From Cyanobacteria bacterium P01_A01_bin.123 (GTDB lineage Bacteria; Cyanobacteriota; Cyanobacteriia; Phormidesmidales; Phormidesmidaceae), in the NCBI GenBank assembly GCA_039815185.1, contig JBCBZT010000026.1, positions 32,001 through 96,000 on the forward strand: DNA of 64,000 nucleotides, given 5' to 3'. Shown here piece after piece: positions 38,448 through 48,888 of this stretch. The stretch's first letter is position 1; each line of letters opens with the position of its first letter. Below the pieces are notes generated by a model. That model was not told the DNA's origin and searched no databases. It was given only the letters and a program-made list of their open reading frames with translations. Made by a program: the position numbers and the translations under genes.

Positions 38448-40007
38448 ATGGCAAAAGTTGCACTACTAATCGGCACCACTGACTACGAACCCGGCTTGGC
38501 CCCTCTGCCCGGTGCTCGCGAAGACGTTTTGGCCATGGAGCGGATTTTACACGATGTCAAATTAGGAGGATTTGACAAGGTAGAGGTGCTGAATAACCCC
38601 GACCCGATTGTCATGCAAACGGCCATTGAAACCCTATTTGCCAGTTGCAGTAAGCAAGATTTGGCGTTGCTATACCTCTCAGGCCACGGCATCAAAGACG
38701 ATAATGGACGACTCTACTTTGCGACCCGGATCACTCGCAAAAACGCCAAAGGTGACTTGATCAAAGCCACGGCGGTGCCTGCCAATTTTGTCCAGGGCAC
38801 CATGAGCGACAGCCGCTGTAAACGTCAGGTGGTGATTCTCGATTGCTGCTTTAGCGGTGCCTTTGCCGAAGGCATGACGGCCAAAGATGATGGCACTGTA
38901 GATATCGAAACTCAAATGGGCGGGGAAGGTCGAGCGGTGCTTACCTCCTCTAGTGCCACTCAATATTCCTTTGAAGATGAAACCGATAAGCTGTCGGTCT
39001 ATACCCGTTTCATCGTAGAAGGGATCGAAAAAGGGGTAGCTGATGCCGATAACGACGGCATCGTGTCCATCGACGAACTGCACGAGTATGCCTCTCAAAA
39101 AGTTCAGGAAGTCTCTCCGGCGATGAAGCCTAAGATTTACGCCGTAGAGGAAGGTTTCAAAATTCGGGTGGCACGGGCAGCTGTCGGCGACCCTAAGATT
39201 CGCTATCGCAAAGAGCTAGAGCACTTCGCCAGTCGTGGGTCGATTTCCACAATTGGGCGCTATACCTTGGATGCACTAAGAAACGAGCTGAGCATCCCCG
39301 CTGAAGTCGCTAAGCAGATTGAAGCGGAGGTGTTGCAACCCTATCGTGAATATCAGGAAAAGCTAAGTCGATATGAAACAGCTCTCAAACAAGCCGTTGA
39401 ACGAGAAACCCCCTTATCTCAAGTCACGGTAGATGATTTAGACCGCTATCAAATTGTCTTAGGCTTAGCCGATGAGGATATCGCCCATATTCGCGATCGC
39501 CTCTTGCCCATAACCACTAAACCTAAAGCCCCAGAGCCTTCCCTTCAGTCAGCTGCCGCAGCCCCACATCCTGTGGTGAAGGCAGCTGCGGAACCTGTTG
39601 CTGTGCAGCCCACTGAATCTCAACCGTTGCAAACTCGGCCGCAAACCCAAAGTCCTGGTGACAACAATGCCAATCGTGGCATTAAGATACCCGTCATCGT
39701 GGGGAGTGGATTGGGCGCGATCGTATTAGTTATTGGCCTCGTTGCCATCCTAAATAGTGGGGAATCCCCCCAACTCGCTGTTCAAAGTGACCCACCGCCT
39801 CGGCCAGCAGATCAATCCGATCCCCCCCCCCGTGACAATTACGATCCCCAAGACAATTACCATGATTGCATCTGCAATGAAGCCGATGGCTGCTTTGATC
39901 CCGATATTGAGAAGACAGTTCCTTATGATCACGAGGTTGGTGATATTCCGCAAGACGCCGTGGAGGCCTTTAAAGAGGAAGGATTTGTATGCGATCCAGT
40001 GTCCTAG
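38448..40007 (+). CDS. Membrane-anchored caspase-family (peptidase C14, orthocaspase) protein
   Basis: LYLSGHG and ILDCCFSG (His-Cys dyad), helical linker, Pro/Gln spacer, one TM segment (IVGSGLGAIVLVIGLVAIL), short four-Cys C-terminal domain. Confidence 0.85.
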   Translation: MAKVALLIGTTDYEPGLAPLPGAREDVLAMERILHDVKLGGFDKVEVLNNPDPIVMQTAIETLFASCSKQDLALLYLSGHGIKDDNGRLYFATRITRKNAKGDLIKATAVPANFVQGTMSDSRCKRQVVILDCCFSGAFAEGMTAKDDGTVDIETQMGGEGRAVLTSSSATQYSFEDETDKLSVYTRFIVEGIEKGVADADNDGIVSIDELHEYASQKVQEVSPAMKPKIYAVEEGFKIRVARAAVGDPKIRYRKELEHFASRGSISTIGRYTLDALRNELSIPAEVAKQIEAEVLQPYREYQEKLSRYETALKQAVERETPLSQVTVDDLDRYQIVLGLADEDIAHIRDRLLPITTKPKAPEPSLQSAAAAPHPVVKAAAEPVAVQPTESQPLQTRPQTQSPGDNNANRGIKIPVIVGSGLGAIVLVIGLVAILNSGESPQLAVQSDPPPRPADQSDPPPRDNYDPQDNYHDCICNEADGCFDPDIEKTVPYDHEVGDIPQDAVEAFKEEGFVCDPVS

Positions 40008-40081
40008 CAGACAATTGAGTCTTAGCCTCTGGATTCACTAACACAATTTTTCGATGGTTAGCTATGAGCAGAGCTATAAGC

Positions 40082-40120
40082 CAAAAAATCCCCCATGCAT
40101 TGTTGCCAACGCATGGGGAA
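40082..40120 (-). terminator. Intrinsic terminator downstream of the DUF4278 gene
   Basis: CCCCATGC/GCATGGGG stem with a T6 run on the minus strand. Confidence 0.7.
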
Positions 40121-40183
40121 ACTCAAACAACCACTAACTAACTCAAATAAGTGAGTTCTTGGGAATAAGTGAGTTCTTGGGAA

Positions 40184-40360
40184 CTAACGGACTTCAGCGC
40201 CGCGATACTTCAAGCCAGAAACTCGATTTTGAGCTGGCATTTGCTTGGGAGAGCGCTTGCTAACAACTGCACCTCGGTAACGGCCAATCACTTCGCCTTC
40301 ACTCATTTCAACTTGAGCTTGAGGAGCTTCGTACTTAACACCGCGATAGAACAGGTTCAT
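40184..40360 (-). CDS. DUF4278 family small protein (58 aa), absent from the ORF track
   Basis: MNLFYRGVKYEAPQAQVEMSEGEVIGRYRGAVVSKRSPKQMPAQNRVSGLKYRGAEVR*; three YRG motifs; RBS AGAGG. Confidence 0.88.
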   Translation of the reverse strand: MNLFYRGVKYEAPQAQVEMSEGEVIGRYRGAVVSKRSPKQMPAQNRVSGLKYRGAEVR

Positions 40361-40397
40361 GGATTTCGCCTCTTTAATGTAGGTAGAGAATGGAGGC

Positions 40398-40484
40398 GCG
40401 TTCCTTCGGGGAGTATCCCTACTTCCGTCCCTGATGCAAGGTCATTGAATAATTCTCAAAACTGTTGCTTTCGGGATGAACGAT
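40398..40484 (-). ncRNA. Glutamine riboswitch (glnA motif) with extended P2
   Basis: Minus strand reads ATCGTTCATCCC-[~40 nt]-GGGACGGAAGTAGGG-ATACT-CCCCGAAGGAACGC, directly upstream of the DUF4278 gene. Confidence 0.88.
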
Positions 40485-40694
40485 TTATTTCTGTATCTAT
40501 TTTTACAGTTTTGCGCTTTCCTTGTCAAGAAAAAACTGAAAAGTTTTGGTCAACACAATGCACGAAATAAGCGTGTGGGTTTATACCTTTTTCAAGGTTT
40601 CTACGCGATCGCCCCGATGATGTATCTCGTACGATGGGCTACATCATTCAAGTCTAAATTTATGTAAACCCAATACTGAGACTACTGACTTCCA

Positions 40695-41504
40695 ATGCAC
40701 GGCCCCATTCCTGCCAACCGATTTTTCCCTTACCTATCCTGGACAGCAGTAGAAGCGCTGACCGATAAAGCCAATACCGTGATCATTCAGCCCATCGGTG
40801 CCATTGAACAGCATGGCCCCCATTTGCCATTAGTCGTCGATGCCGCGATCGCCGTTTCAGTGCTCGGACGCGCCCTAGAAAAGTTGCCTTCTGATATCCC
40901 TGCCTATGCCTTGCCCCCCCTGTATTACGGCAAATCTAACGAGCACTGGCACTTCCCCGGCACTATTACCCTTTCAGCCCAAACCCTAATAGCTGTGCTC
41001 ACTGAGGTGGCCGAAAGCATTTATCGAGCCGGGTTACGTAAGTTGGTTTTACTCAATGCCCACGGGGGACAGCCTCAAATCTTAGAAATTGTTGCCCGAG
41101 ACCTGCACCAGCGGTACGAGGACTTCATGGTGTTTCCCCTATTTGTATGGAAAGCGCCCCATGACGCTGGAAAGCTCCTAAGCGATCAAGAAAAAGCCCT
41201 GGGTATCCACGCTGGGGATGCTGAAACTAGCGTTATGCTTTCTCTGCTGCCCGATCAGGTAGACATGACGAAAGCAGTCAAGGAATTTCCCCATGGTCTG
41301 CCGGAAGACAGCCTGCTCAGCATGGAGGGTAAACTGCCCTTTGCCTGGACTACCCGCGACCTGACTCGCAGCGGGGTGCTAGGCGATGCCACTGTGGCCA
41401 CCCAAGCCAAAGGCGATCGCATCTTGGCCTCAGTCACTGAGGGCTGGGTACAGGTGATTACAGATATTTATCGATTTCGACAGCCTCAAGCTTGGAAGGG
41501 TTAA
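40695..41504 (+). CDS. Creatininase family amidohydrolase
   Basis: GAIEQHGPHLP..D, SNEH..FPGT, NAHGG, HAGDAETS. Confidence 0.92.
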   Translation: MHGPIPANRFFPYLSWTAVEALTDKANTVIIQPIGAIEQHGPHLPLVVDAAIAVSVLGRALEKLPSDIPAYALPPLYYGKSNEHWHFPGTITLSAQTLIAVLTEVAESIYRAGLRKLVLLNAHGGQPQILEIVARDLHQRYEDFMVFPLFVWKAPHDAGKLLSDQEKALGIHAGDAETSVMLSLLPDQVDMTKAVKEFPHGLPEDSLLSMEGKLPFAWTTRDLTRSGVLGDATVATQAKGDRILASVTEGWVQVITDIYRFRQPQAWKG

Positions 41505-41798
41505 GGGATGAGAGAGGAGTTGTTCGCAAGGGGTGAGGGGTGAGCACGTTAGGCGTAAACAGCCATCCAACGGGTACGGTTTGCCAACTTATGTCATTAA
41601 CTTTTGTGAATCAAAATCACGGATTCTTGCTTTGCTGAGTCACGAGCTTTGATAATCAGGGTGCATGGGGCTGTGCGATCGCGTTGGATTGATTCATTCC
41701 AAAGGCGCTCAAAGCAGAATTGCTGCATTTGCGTAGTCTTGATGGGCAAGATTCACAGTCCTCTGATAGCAATCCGATAGCGTGGAGTAATCTCGGCA

Positions 41799-42272
41799 AT
41801 GGGTCTGATTAAGAAAATTTTTGGTGGATTTTTCGCATTTATTGGTGGCTTGTTTGGCTCCCTAGGCAAACTAGTTGGTATTGGCAAATCTGATTATTAT
41901 CTCGAGCTAGACGAGGCGGCAACCGGAAACAAATCTGAGGCTCCCGTGGCAGCTAAAGCCGCTGTTGCACCTGAGGCGTCTGCAAAGGCAAACACTCAAC
42001 CTAAAGCATCTAAAAAACCAGTTCCTGCTGGTCGGACGGCTCCTACCCCAGTCCCTAAAGCAAAGCAAGTCCCTACACCCACTTTGGTTGAAGGTGAATT
42101 ACCAGTAGCCCAAGCATCAGCAAACGGTTCTAAAAAAACTGGCACTGAGCCCACTTTCGCAACTGATTATTTGGTCAATCCTCGGCTCAGCAATGGCGGT
42201 CGTCGTCGTCCTGGGCCTAGCCTCTCTCCTTTTAAGGACATGGCAAAACAGGTCAAGACACCATTCGTATAA
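41799..42272 (+). CDS. Conserved cyanobacterial hypothetical protein
   Basis: Amphipathic N-terminus, YYLELD, Ala/Pro/Lys linker, C-terminal RRRPGPSL..FKDMA; RBS GGAG. Confidence 0.75.
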   Translation: MGLIKKIFGGFFAFIGGLFGSLGKLVGIGKSDYYLELDEAATGNKSEAPVAAKAAVAPEASAKANTQPKASKKPVPAGRTAPTPVPKAKQVPTPTLVEGELPVAQASANGSKKTGTEPTFATDYLVNPRLSNGGRRRPGPSLSPFKDMAKQVKTPFV

Positions 42273-42370
42273 GCCTTCTTAGACAAAAGTCTTGGCTAAT
42301 ACCAATTGCGTATCAAGGTGATTAAGGGGCGTAAGTGATTGCGTCTCTTTTTTTTAGGTGACTTATTTTT

Positions 42371-43396
42371 TTAGGTGACTTGAAATCTTTCCCCAACAGT
42401 CAATCGACTGCCGTTGGCAAAATCCCAACCCGACTGAGCACCCTTACCGCTAGGTTTGACGGTTTGCAACAGCAGTAATCCATCCCCCGTTTGGACGACT
42501 GGACCATAGTGCTTGAGTATCGCCACAATCGCCCCTAATTCAATCTGTTCGTCTCCCTGATCCATAATTTCCGCTTGGACAAGAATGGCCAACTCATGCC
42601 AATCAGCGGGGCAGCTATCCCGCAATAATGGGTCTGAAAGCACTCTAATGGGAATGGTGGCGGTGATTTTAATCGGCTCTCCGCGAAATTGGGTCGTGCA
42701 GTTGGGGTAAAAACCTCGCACTTGATTGTGCAGCGCGATCGCGCTTTTTCGCCAATCTAAAGCGTAATCTTCTTTTTTAATTAGCGGCGCATAGGTGGCG
42801 ATCGCATCTTCTTGAGGCATGGGTTCTAAGGTGCCCTGTGCCAATTTCTGCAAGGTTTCTACTAACAAATCGGCACTCATAGAAGCAAGGGACTGGGCCA
42901 GATCCCAGGCGTGACTTTCCCACCCAATCGACAGGGTCGATTTGAGCAGCATTGCCCCGGTATCCATACCTGCATCCATCAGCATAGTGGTGACCCCCGT
43001 TTCCATCTCGCCGTGGTAGAGACACCACTGAATTGGCGCAGCCCCTCGATAGGCTGGCAATAATGAACCATGGGCATTGATGCAACCCAGGCGAGGCATG
43101 TCTAGGATGAGTTGAGACAAAATCTGACCATAGGCCACTACGACAAAGGCATCAGCCTCAAGGCGATCAAGTTGATCTAGGGTTTCTGCGTCTTGCTTGA
43201 TCCGCTTGGGTTGCCACACCGGGCAATCTGCCGCCAACGCGATCGCTTTCACGGGTGACGGGCTCACCTGCTTCCCCCGTCCCCGTCGCTTGTCAGGTTG
43301 AGTCACCACTGCCGCCACTTCAAAATCGGGATGGGCCAGCAGCGCTTCTAAACTAGGAACGGCGAATTGGGGAGTACCGAAGAAGACGATGCGCAT
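42371..43396 (-). CDS. fmt: Methionyl-tRNA formyltransferase
   Basis: [33 protein letters not shown]. Confidence 0.97.
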   Translation of the reverse strand: MRIVFFGTPQFAVPSLEALLAHPDFEVAAVVTQPDKRRGRGKQVSPSPVKAIALAADCPVWQPKRIKQDAETLDQLDRLEADAFVVVAYGQILSQLILDMPRLGCINAHGSLLPAYRGAAPIQWCLYHGEMETGVTTMLMDAGMDTGAMLLKSTLSIGWESHAWDLAQSLASMSADLLVETLQKLAQGTLEPMPQEDAIATYAPLIKKEDYALDWRKSAIALHNQVRGFYPNCTTQFRGEPIKITATIPIRVLSDPLLRDSCPADWHELAILVQAEIMDQGDEQIELGAIVAILKHYGPVVQTGDGLLLLQTVKPSGKGAQSGWDFANGSRLTVGERFQVT

Positions 43397-43398
43397 GG

Positions 43399-43869
43399 CT
43401 AGATGCCAAATTCTTGTAGGGCAGGTTCAAAGTTATTATTTTCGTGGCTGGGGCGGCTTAATTTGATCAGGGCAAAGCGTTGGGGGGGCGTCAGCGATCG
43501 CCATTGCGCCAAAACCAAGCTTGCCCCAACCTGTTCGACTCGGGCCTGCACCATTTCTGGAATCTGGTCGCTGTTGTGCCAAGGGGGATGGGGGTCGACG
43601 GACAATTCTCCAGCAGGTTTCCCTGTGTAGTGCGTGACGAGTTGTTGGAGTTGTGTGCGATAGGCGTCTGCCTCTGAAGGATTTTCACAGGGCAACGCGA
43701 CAAACCGCTGTCGTTCTTCCTGAGTAAATTGATGCCAATGGGCCAATTTCAGCTTCACCCCACAGGTATCAAGCTTCATCCGTACCTGCATTGGGATACA
43801 GCGTAGTGACTCGACAAAATCTGCCTCAAACTGAAAAAACGATCCCACGGCCTCCACCTCCACTGACAC
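43399..43869 (-). CDS. Nitrate reductase-associated protein (NarM-like)
   Basis: [49 protein letters not shown]. Confidence 0.85.
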   Translation of the reverse strand: MSVEVEAVGSFFQFEADFVESLRCIPMQVRMKLDTCGVKLKLAHWHQFTQEERQRFVALPCENPSEADAYRTQLQQLVTHYTGKPAGELSVDPHPPWHNSDQIPEMVQARVEQVGASLVLAQWRSLTPPQRFALIKLSRPSHENNNFEPALQEFGI

Positions 43870-43938
43870 CCGTCGCCACCTTACGAGCCTTTCAACTTCT
43901 AATTCCGCTCATCTTCCCATCTCCCTTGACCCCACGCC

Positions 43939-44988
43939 TTACCGCACAAACGCAGGCATCACTTCCGCTGCGGTATATAACCCATACAGCCCCCGACGGT
44001 GAAATTGAATACCGGCTTTGAGGTAGCCAAAAGCCGGACCGCAGACGTTAGCGGCCATGCTAGTTTCATCCCCCAGAGTAAAGGTATGGGTGGAAATTTT
44101 GCCTTCGAAGGTGCGACCGGTCACTTTTACATTGGTGCTAAGGGGTTTTTTAGGGTTGCGGGTATCGACAATGCCTCCAACGGTGACCCGATCGCGATCG
44201 CAGATCCCTGCCAACTCCAACATCAGATCGTCGGCATGCTCCATGTTTTCAAGGGCCAAAATACCGTTGGTCTGATCGAGTAAAGCCTCTACTTCAGCGT
44301 CGGTCATATCGCGGGCTTTATCGACGTCAAAACCTGGCATATGGGCAATGTCTTCGCGGATAGTGGCGCGGTATGCTTCCCAGTTAGCAATGCCGACGCC
44401 AAAGGTAATTGCAACACTGTGGATTTCAGCGTAGCTTTGGGCAGCTACCGCCGCCGCCGCCGTCAATAGTCCAGGCGTCGCTCCGCACCCCGTCATATAA
44501 GTAATGCCAGCGCGCTGCAAATCTGCTTTCAGTTCAAAAATCTGAGCCATGGCGCTGGTACGCTTCAGGGCATCTACCAACACACCTCGCCAACCCGCTG
44601 CAATAAACTGCTTCACCACTGAGGCCATGAAGGTATTGGGTAAATTGGGCAACGCCAAAAAGTAGCCCTCTACGCCTTGGGTTTGGGCAATTAAGTCAGC
44701 AATGCTGTCCAAGCTCAGACACCCACTATCGACTAGATGCCCGAGGGAGCCTTGCTTCTGGTATGCCTGAGTACAAGCTTTTAAGTCCAAACCGTCTGCG
44801 GAATAGACATAGCCTTGTTTATCTGCTGCTGCCACCCATTGCATCTCTTGCTTGGGTGCCAATACCTGAGCAGCAGCTTGGCCTAGCCCTCCAAATCCCA
44901 AAACCCCCACAGCGATGGGGTTGGTAGCATGCCCTAGCAACGATGACTGGGGAATAGTTCGAGTGGAATGGGATGGCGTCGTGGTCAT
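43939..44988 (-). CDS. bioU: BioU, dehydrogenase-fold biotin biosynthesis enzyme replacing BioA
   Basis: GFGGLG Rossmann motif, [45 protein letters not shown]. Confidence 0.82.
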   Translation of the reverse strand: MTTTPSHSTRTIPQSSLLGHATNPIAVGVLGFGGLGQAAAQVLAPKQEMQWVAAADKQGYVYSADGLDLKACTQAYQKQGSLGHLVDSGCLSLDSIADLIAQTQGVEGYFLALPNLPNTFMASVVKQFIAAGWRGVLVDALKRTSAMAQIFELKADLQRAGITYMTGCGATPGLLTAAAAVAAQSYAEIHSVAITFGVGIANWEAYRATIREDIAHMPGFDVDKARDMTDAEVEALLDQTNGILALENMEHADDLMLELAGICDRDRVTVGGIVDTRNPKKPLSTNVKVTGRTFEGKISTHTFTLGDETSMAANVCGPAFGYLKAGIQFHRRGLYGLYTAAEVMPAFVR

Positions 44989-45470
44989 GGTCAATGCCTC
45001 AAGCAAAACTCTATCTAACTAAACAAGTAACAACCGCCCCAATACCCAGTATTTTCTTTGGACATTGTGCGGTTATGAGCCCTATTGCTGCCCTAGCGAA
45101 GCGGTTTAGCCATACTGGAAACCTTCAGCAATGTGGCCAAAGCTCTATTACTTTAGAGCTTTTCTTACCCAGGAATCGAGGGTTTGAACAAACCCTGGAA
45201 GAAAATCCAACAACAACCGCATCAGAAACCCAACTTCGTGCACTAGAAGATTGTTGTAATTTGTAATGAAGGCCGCGATCGCGCAAAGTCTTTCCATCGG
45301 CCTTTCCTAGGGGTTCAGATCAGACCAAAGGCGCTTGACGCTCTTCAAAAGTTACGCGACACTAACATCTAACCGAGGTATTCACTCGCCCGGTCAATAA
45401 CATTCATGTATATTCTTGTTGAATCCTGATCGAATCTTTGACGAGTGCTAAGCCTTACTCAACGTAAATC

Positions 45471-45686
45471 ATGGAAACACTGGAGTTCGTAATCTATCCT
45501 GACGGTCGAGTTAAAGAGCTTGTAACAGGGATCGTAGGGGTTTCCTGCGCTGAAGTAACTGCTGCCATCGAAGCAGAGTTGGGTCAGGTGATGGCTCAAG
45601 AAAAAACGTCCGATTATTATGCTCAGTCTGCGCAGCAGGCCAATGAATCTGCGGCACAGACTCAGATTTCTTTTAGCCAGTGGTAG
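45471..45686 (+). CDS. DUF2997 family protein
   Basis: METLEFVIYPDGRVKE.VTGIVG.SC.EVT..IE; upstream of ycf35. Confidence 0.85.
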   Translation: METLEFVIYPDGRVKELVTGIVGVSCAEVTAAIEAELGQVMAQEKTSDYYAQSAQQANESAAQTQISFSQW

Positions 45687-45722
45687 TTTTTTGTCCCTTT
45701 AGATCAATTCATACGTATTAAC

Positions 45723-46115
45723 ATGTCTCACTTTAGCCAGATCAAAACAAAAATCCGTAACCTCGATTCTTTGCAGCTGGCGCTCTCTGATGTTGGAGCT
45801 GATTGGAAAGCAGGGCCTCAACCGGTTAGAGGCTACCAGGGACAAACTCAGACTGCTGATGTGGTTATCGAGCAAGAGAACGGCTACGACATCGGGTTTC
45901 GACTCAATCCTGAAACGAAGGACTATGAGTTGGTCGCTGATTTGCAGTATTGGCAACAGCCTTTATCAGTAGATGGTTTTGTCAATCGAGTCACCCAGCG
46001 TTATGCATACCACACTGTGCTCACCCAAACGTCCCATCAGGGATTCCAAGTTTCTGAGCAACAGCAAAACGCAGATGGTTCTATTCGGTTGGTGCTGCAA
46101 CGCTGGAACGGTTGA
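45723..46115 (+). CDS. ycf35: DUF1257 / Ycf35 family protein
   Basis: MSHFSQIKT, VRGYQGQ, DIGF, YELVADLQYWQQ, QRYAY. Confidence 0.88.
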   Translation: MSHFSQIKTKIRNLDSLQLALSDVGADWKAGPQPVRGYQGQTQTADVVIEQENGYDIGFRLNPETKDYELVADLQYWQQPLSVDGFVNRVTQRYAYHTVLTQTSHQGFQVSEQQQNADGSIRLVLQRWNG

Positions 46116-46117
46116 TT

Positions 46118-46591
46118 ATGGATAACCCAGACCTCTTCTCAGAACCATTTAACCCAGCGTCATCTGGTGGGGAGCAGACGGGACTGGAGCCTGAATTAGG
46201 GGGGCCGCTACGAGGTCATGAGTCTCGCAGCGGCCTTGAACCCGAGCTAGGTGGCCTGCTGCGTCAGCAAGGCGTTTATGTTGACGAATTGACATGTATC
46301 GGATGCCGTCACTGCGCCCATGTGGCACGCAATACGTTTTATATCGAGCCAGACTATGGTCGGGCGCGAGTGGTTCGGCAAGATGGCGATTCAGAGGATC
46401 GAATCCAGGAAGCGATTGATACCTGTCCGGTGGATTGCATTCATTGGCTCGACTACACCGAATTGCAAAGCCTAGAGGAAGAGCGCAAGTATCAGGTGAT
46501 TCCAGTTGCCGGCTTTCCGGTGGATAAGGCTATGGCAATCGCCAGGCAAAGGCGTTTGAAAAAGAAGCGCCAGCCCAAGTCTGATGCATGA
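46118..46591 (+). CDS. Ferredoxin (4Fe-4S single-cluster type)
   Basis: VYVDELTCIGCRHCA, AIDTCPVDCIHW; duplicated GLEPELGG at the N-terminus. Confidence 0.88.
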   Translation: MDNPDLFSEPFNPASSGGEQTGLEPELGGPLRGHESRSGLEPELGGLLRQQGVYVDELTCIGCRHCAHVARNTFYIEPDYGRARVVRQDGDSEDRIQEAIDTCPVDCIHWLDYTELQSLEEERKYQVIPVAGFPVDKAMAIARQRRLKKKRQPKSDA

Positions 46592-46633
46592 AAATAGCCT
46601 GCATTTAAGTCAATTAAATGCAGGCTATTTTTT
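46591..46633. terminator. Bidirectional intrinsic terminator
   Basis: AAAATAGCCTGCATTTAA/TTAAATGCAGGCTATTTT between convergent genes. Confidence 0.8.
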
Positions 46634-46668
46634 GAGCCAAATCCGTCACTCTAAAATCACTAGAGCTT

Positions 46669-47556
46669 CTAGATTTCAGCTACGGCCCGTTCTATCAATC
46701 GCCGTGCCAGGGTTTGTACTCCAGTATGTTCATAGTAGTTGGTGGTCATATCTAAGAATGCACCAAAGTAATCGAGCTTATCATCGGTTACGTCAATGAA
46801 CTTCTGGACGTTCTTGGCGACTTTTTCCTGGGTCAGTCCTTTTGATTCCACAAAGTCGCCCATCCAGTCTTTAGTAGAGTTGAAGCTGGCTTCGATAAAG
46901 TTCAGCTTGTCGTTGGCATTGTTGCCAGGGAGTCGCCCCTTGAGTTTCTTAAAAGCGCCGTTGTCTTCCAAATCTTTTGGTGTCAGTCGGCCCAAGGTGG
47001 TTTGGGCAAGGCGTAGGAAATTTGGCCCGAGGGGCACCAAGCCATCAAAGGAAACTAGGGCCGCCATGCGAATCAAGGATTCACCGCTGTAGTCTCCCAA
47101 TGCCCGGACGAAATCTTTGAGGCTATCTCCGGGTAACCCATTGATGTGGCAAAAGGCCACCACTTCAGTCACCAGCTTGAGACAGAGATCGATGGTTTGG
47201 GCCTTTTCGGGTTTGGGCGTCATTTTGTTGAGGAAGCCCAAGAAGGAAACATTTTCACCAATCTTGTTAGCTAAGGCCGCGGTTCCCAGGGCACTGCCAG
47301 TGCTATCAATGGTTTGGTACAGCCACAGGGCCCGCTGATACCCTTCGGATTTATCGTTGAACAGTTTGATCGCCCGCGCGCCAACTTGCTCAATCAGTTT
47401 GTCATCGGTTTCGCGGGTAACGGCACGAATGGTTTGCTCAAACCCGACCAGATTGTCCCACTCGCCAGGCAGGGCGAAATCCAGCGATCGCAGCGCATAG
47501 ACCGTTAAATTTTTAGTGGGCAAGTCATCGACGAGTTGATAAATAGATTTGCTCAT
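46669..47556 (-). CDS. Conserved cyanobacterial hypothetical protein
   Basis: 295-aa ORF with normal codon and amino-acid composition, co-oriented with the upstream lipoprotein. Confidence 0.8.
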   Translation of the reverse strand: MSKSIYQLVDDLPTKNLTVYALRSLDFALPGEWDNLVGFEQTIRAVTRETDDKLIEQVGARAIKLFNDKSEGYQRALWLYQTIDSTGSALGTAALANKIGENVSFLGFLNKMTPKPEKAQTIDLCLKLVTEVVAFCHINGLPGDSLKDFVRALGDYSGESLIRMAALVSFDGLVPLGPNFLRLAQTTLGRLTPKDLEDNGAFKKLKGRLPGNNANDKLNFIEASFNSTKDWMGDFVESKGLTQEKVAKNVQKFIDVTDDKLDYFGAFLDMTTNYYEHTGVQTLARRLIERAVAEI

Positions 47557-47612
47557 GGATTTAGAGGGAAGAGGGAATAGATGATGTCAGATCCTGAGGT
47601 GAGACCTGGCAG

Positions 47613-48140
47613 TTACTGAACCAGGGACTCCAATCCGGCAAGATCGAATTTTTCGATCCAAGCTTCGCGATCTTCGATAGTGAAGCTGTCGGCACGGGAG
47701 AGGACTTTGACTTGTAGGCGATCGCCGACCAAAACCCCTGTCGCGGTGCTGCCTGTGTTAGCTGCGGGATATCCACCAATAGTCAGCGCGCTGTTGCGGT
47801 ATTTCTCAGCGGCAGTAGGGTTAGCGGCAGTGTCAGAAACTGAGAGCATGGCCAGGTCTTCGCCGTCTTGCTTTAGCTTGGCTTCGGCGAAGCCAGATTT
47901 CTCCTGGGTGTAGATTCGTTGAAAGCCATCACCTTCGGGGGGAAAAAACTGATTAAACGCTGACCCAGAGAGTGGTTCGACTGACTCAACGCCAGATTCA
48001 ACGGCAACCTGCTCTTGCTGTTGCCCAGTTTCTTCAACGGCTTCCCAACGGGATGCAGTCTTAGTACTACAGGCACTAAGCAGCAGCAACGTAGCTAAGC
48101 AAAAGGCTGAGAGGAAACGAAAAGAACGCTGCATCATCAT
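47613..48140 (-). CDS. Hypothetical lipoprotein
   Basis: Lipobox LSAC; FNQFFP, QEKSGFAEAKL, KFDLAGL. Confidence 0.8.
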   Translation of the reverse strand: MMMQRSFRFLSAFCLATLLLLSACSTKTASRWEAVEETGQQQEQVAVESGVESVEPLSGSAFNQFFPPEGDGFQRIYTQEKSGFAEAKLKQDGEDLAMLSVSDTAANPTAAEKYRNSALTIGGYPAANTGSTATGVLVGDRLQVKVLSRADSFTIEDREAWIEKFDLAGLESLVQ

Positions 48141-48483
48141 GGGATCTACTCCATTCCATCAAAGCGAACGTCTCCAATCCAAAAGTAGAGATTAGTCTGA
48201 TTTGGATCCGTCACCGACCAAACCATACTGTTTTTTAGCCCGGGATTGGAGAAATTGATAGATTTCTTTCTTGGGCGATCGCAGAACCCTTTCGCTGCTC
48301 AATGGCTGCTTTATCACTGGATTGGGGAAATATGCCGAATCCAGCTCAGGATGTGGCATTTTCCTACAAGCAAAACGCCAGGTCTCTATTTGGACAAGGT
48401 TTAAACAACAGATTTGCCCAAAAGTGTAATTTTTGAGCCTGTCCAGCCCATAATGGGGACGACGATTTAGATAGCGAATCACA

Positions 48484-48738
48484 ATGCCAAGAACACCCAG
48501 TGAATACGTCGTTCACTTACTGTTTGAAGGAGGGCATCGAGAAGAGGTGCGTTTTGCCACTATTCAAGAATTTCAGAAGTGGTACAGCAATGATTTCACA
48601 CCTAAGGCAGCCTCCAACGACTTTATCAGTGTCCCTATTCCCAAAATTAATCCGGGAGAATATATGGTCGTTCGCCCATCCAAGATTATTGGTATCCGCG
48701 TGGAACCCGTCTTTAGTTCTAGCGTCGAACGGTATTAG
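48484..48738 (+). CDS. Conserved cyanobacterial small hypothetical protein
   Basis: LFEGGHREEVRF..FQKWY..GEYMVVRPS..IRVEP. Confidence 0.78.
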   Translation: MPRTPSEYVVHLLFEGGHREEVRFATIQEFQKWYSNDFTPKAASNDFISVPIPKINPGEYMVVRPSKIIGIRVEPVFSSSVERY

Positions 48739-48888
48739 TTTTGAAGTGCAGGCATCAGAAGCCAGTTGTATGCTGACTTTTGACGTAGAGGTACTTCCTG
48801 CTTTAAGTAGCCAAAATCGCTAAGGAAAATTGTGTTGGGGTTGATTGACAAGCCGTTTGGGTTGGGTCGAGTACGCTGTCTTAGACTG

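Noticed and set aside
40169..40667. Plus-strand ORFs of 133 and 63 aa
   Set aside because: They overlap the DUF4278 gene and riboswitch on the opposite strand and show no protein motifs.
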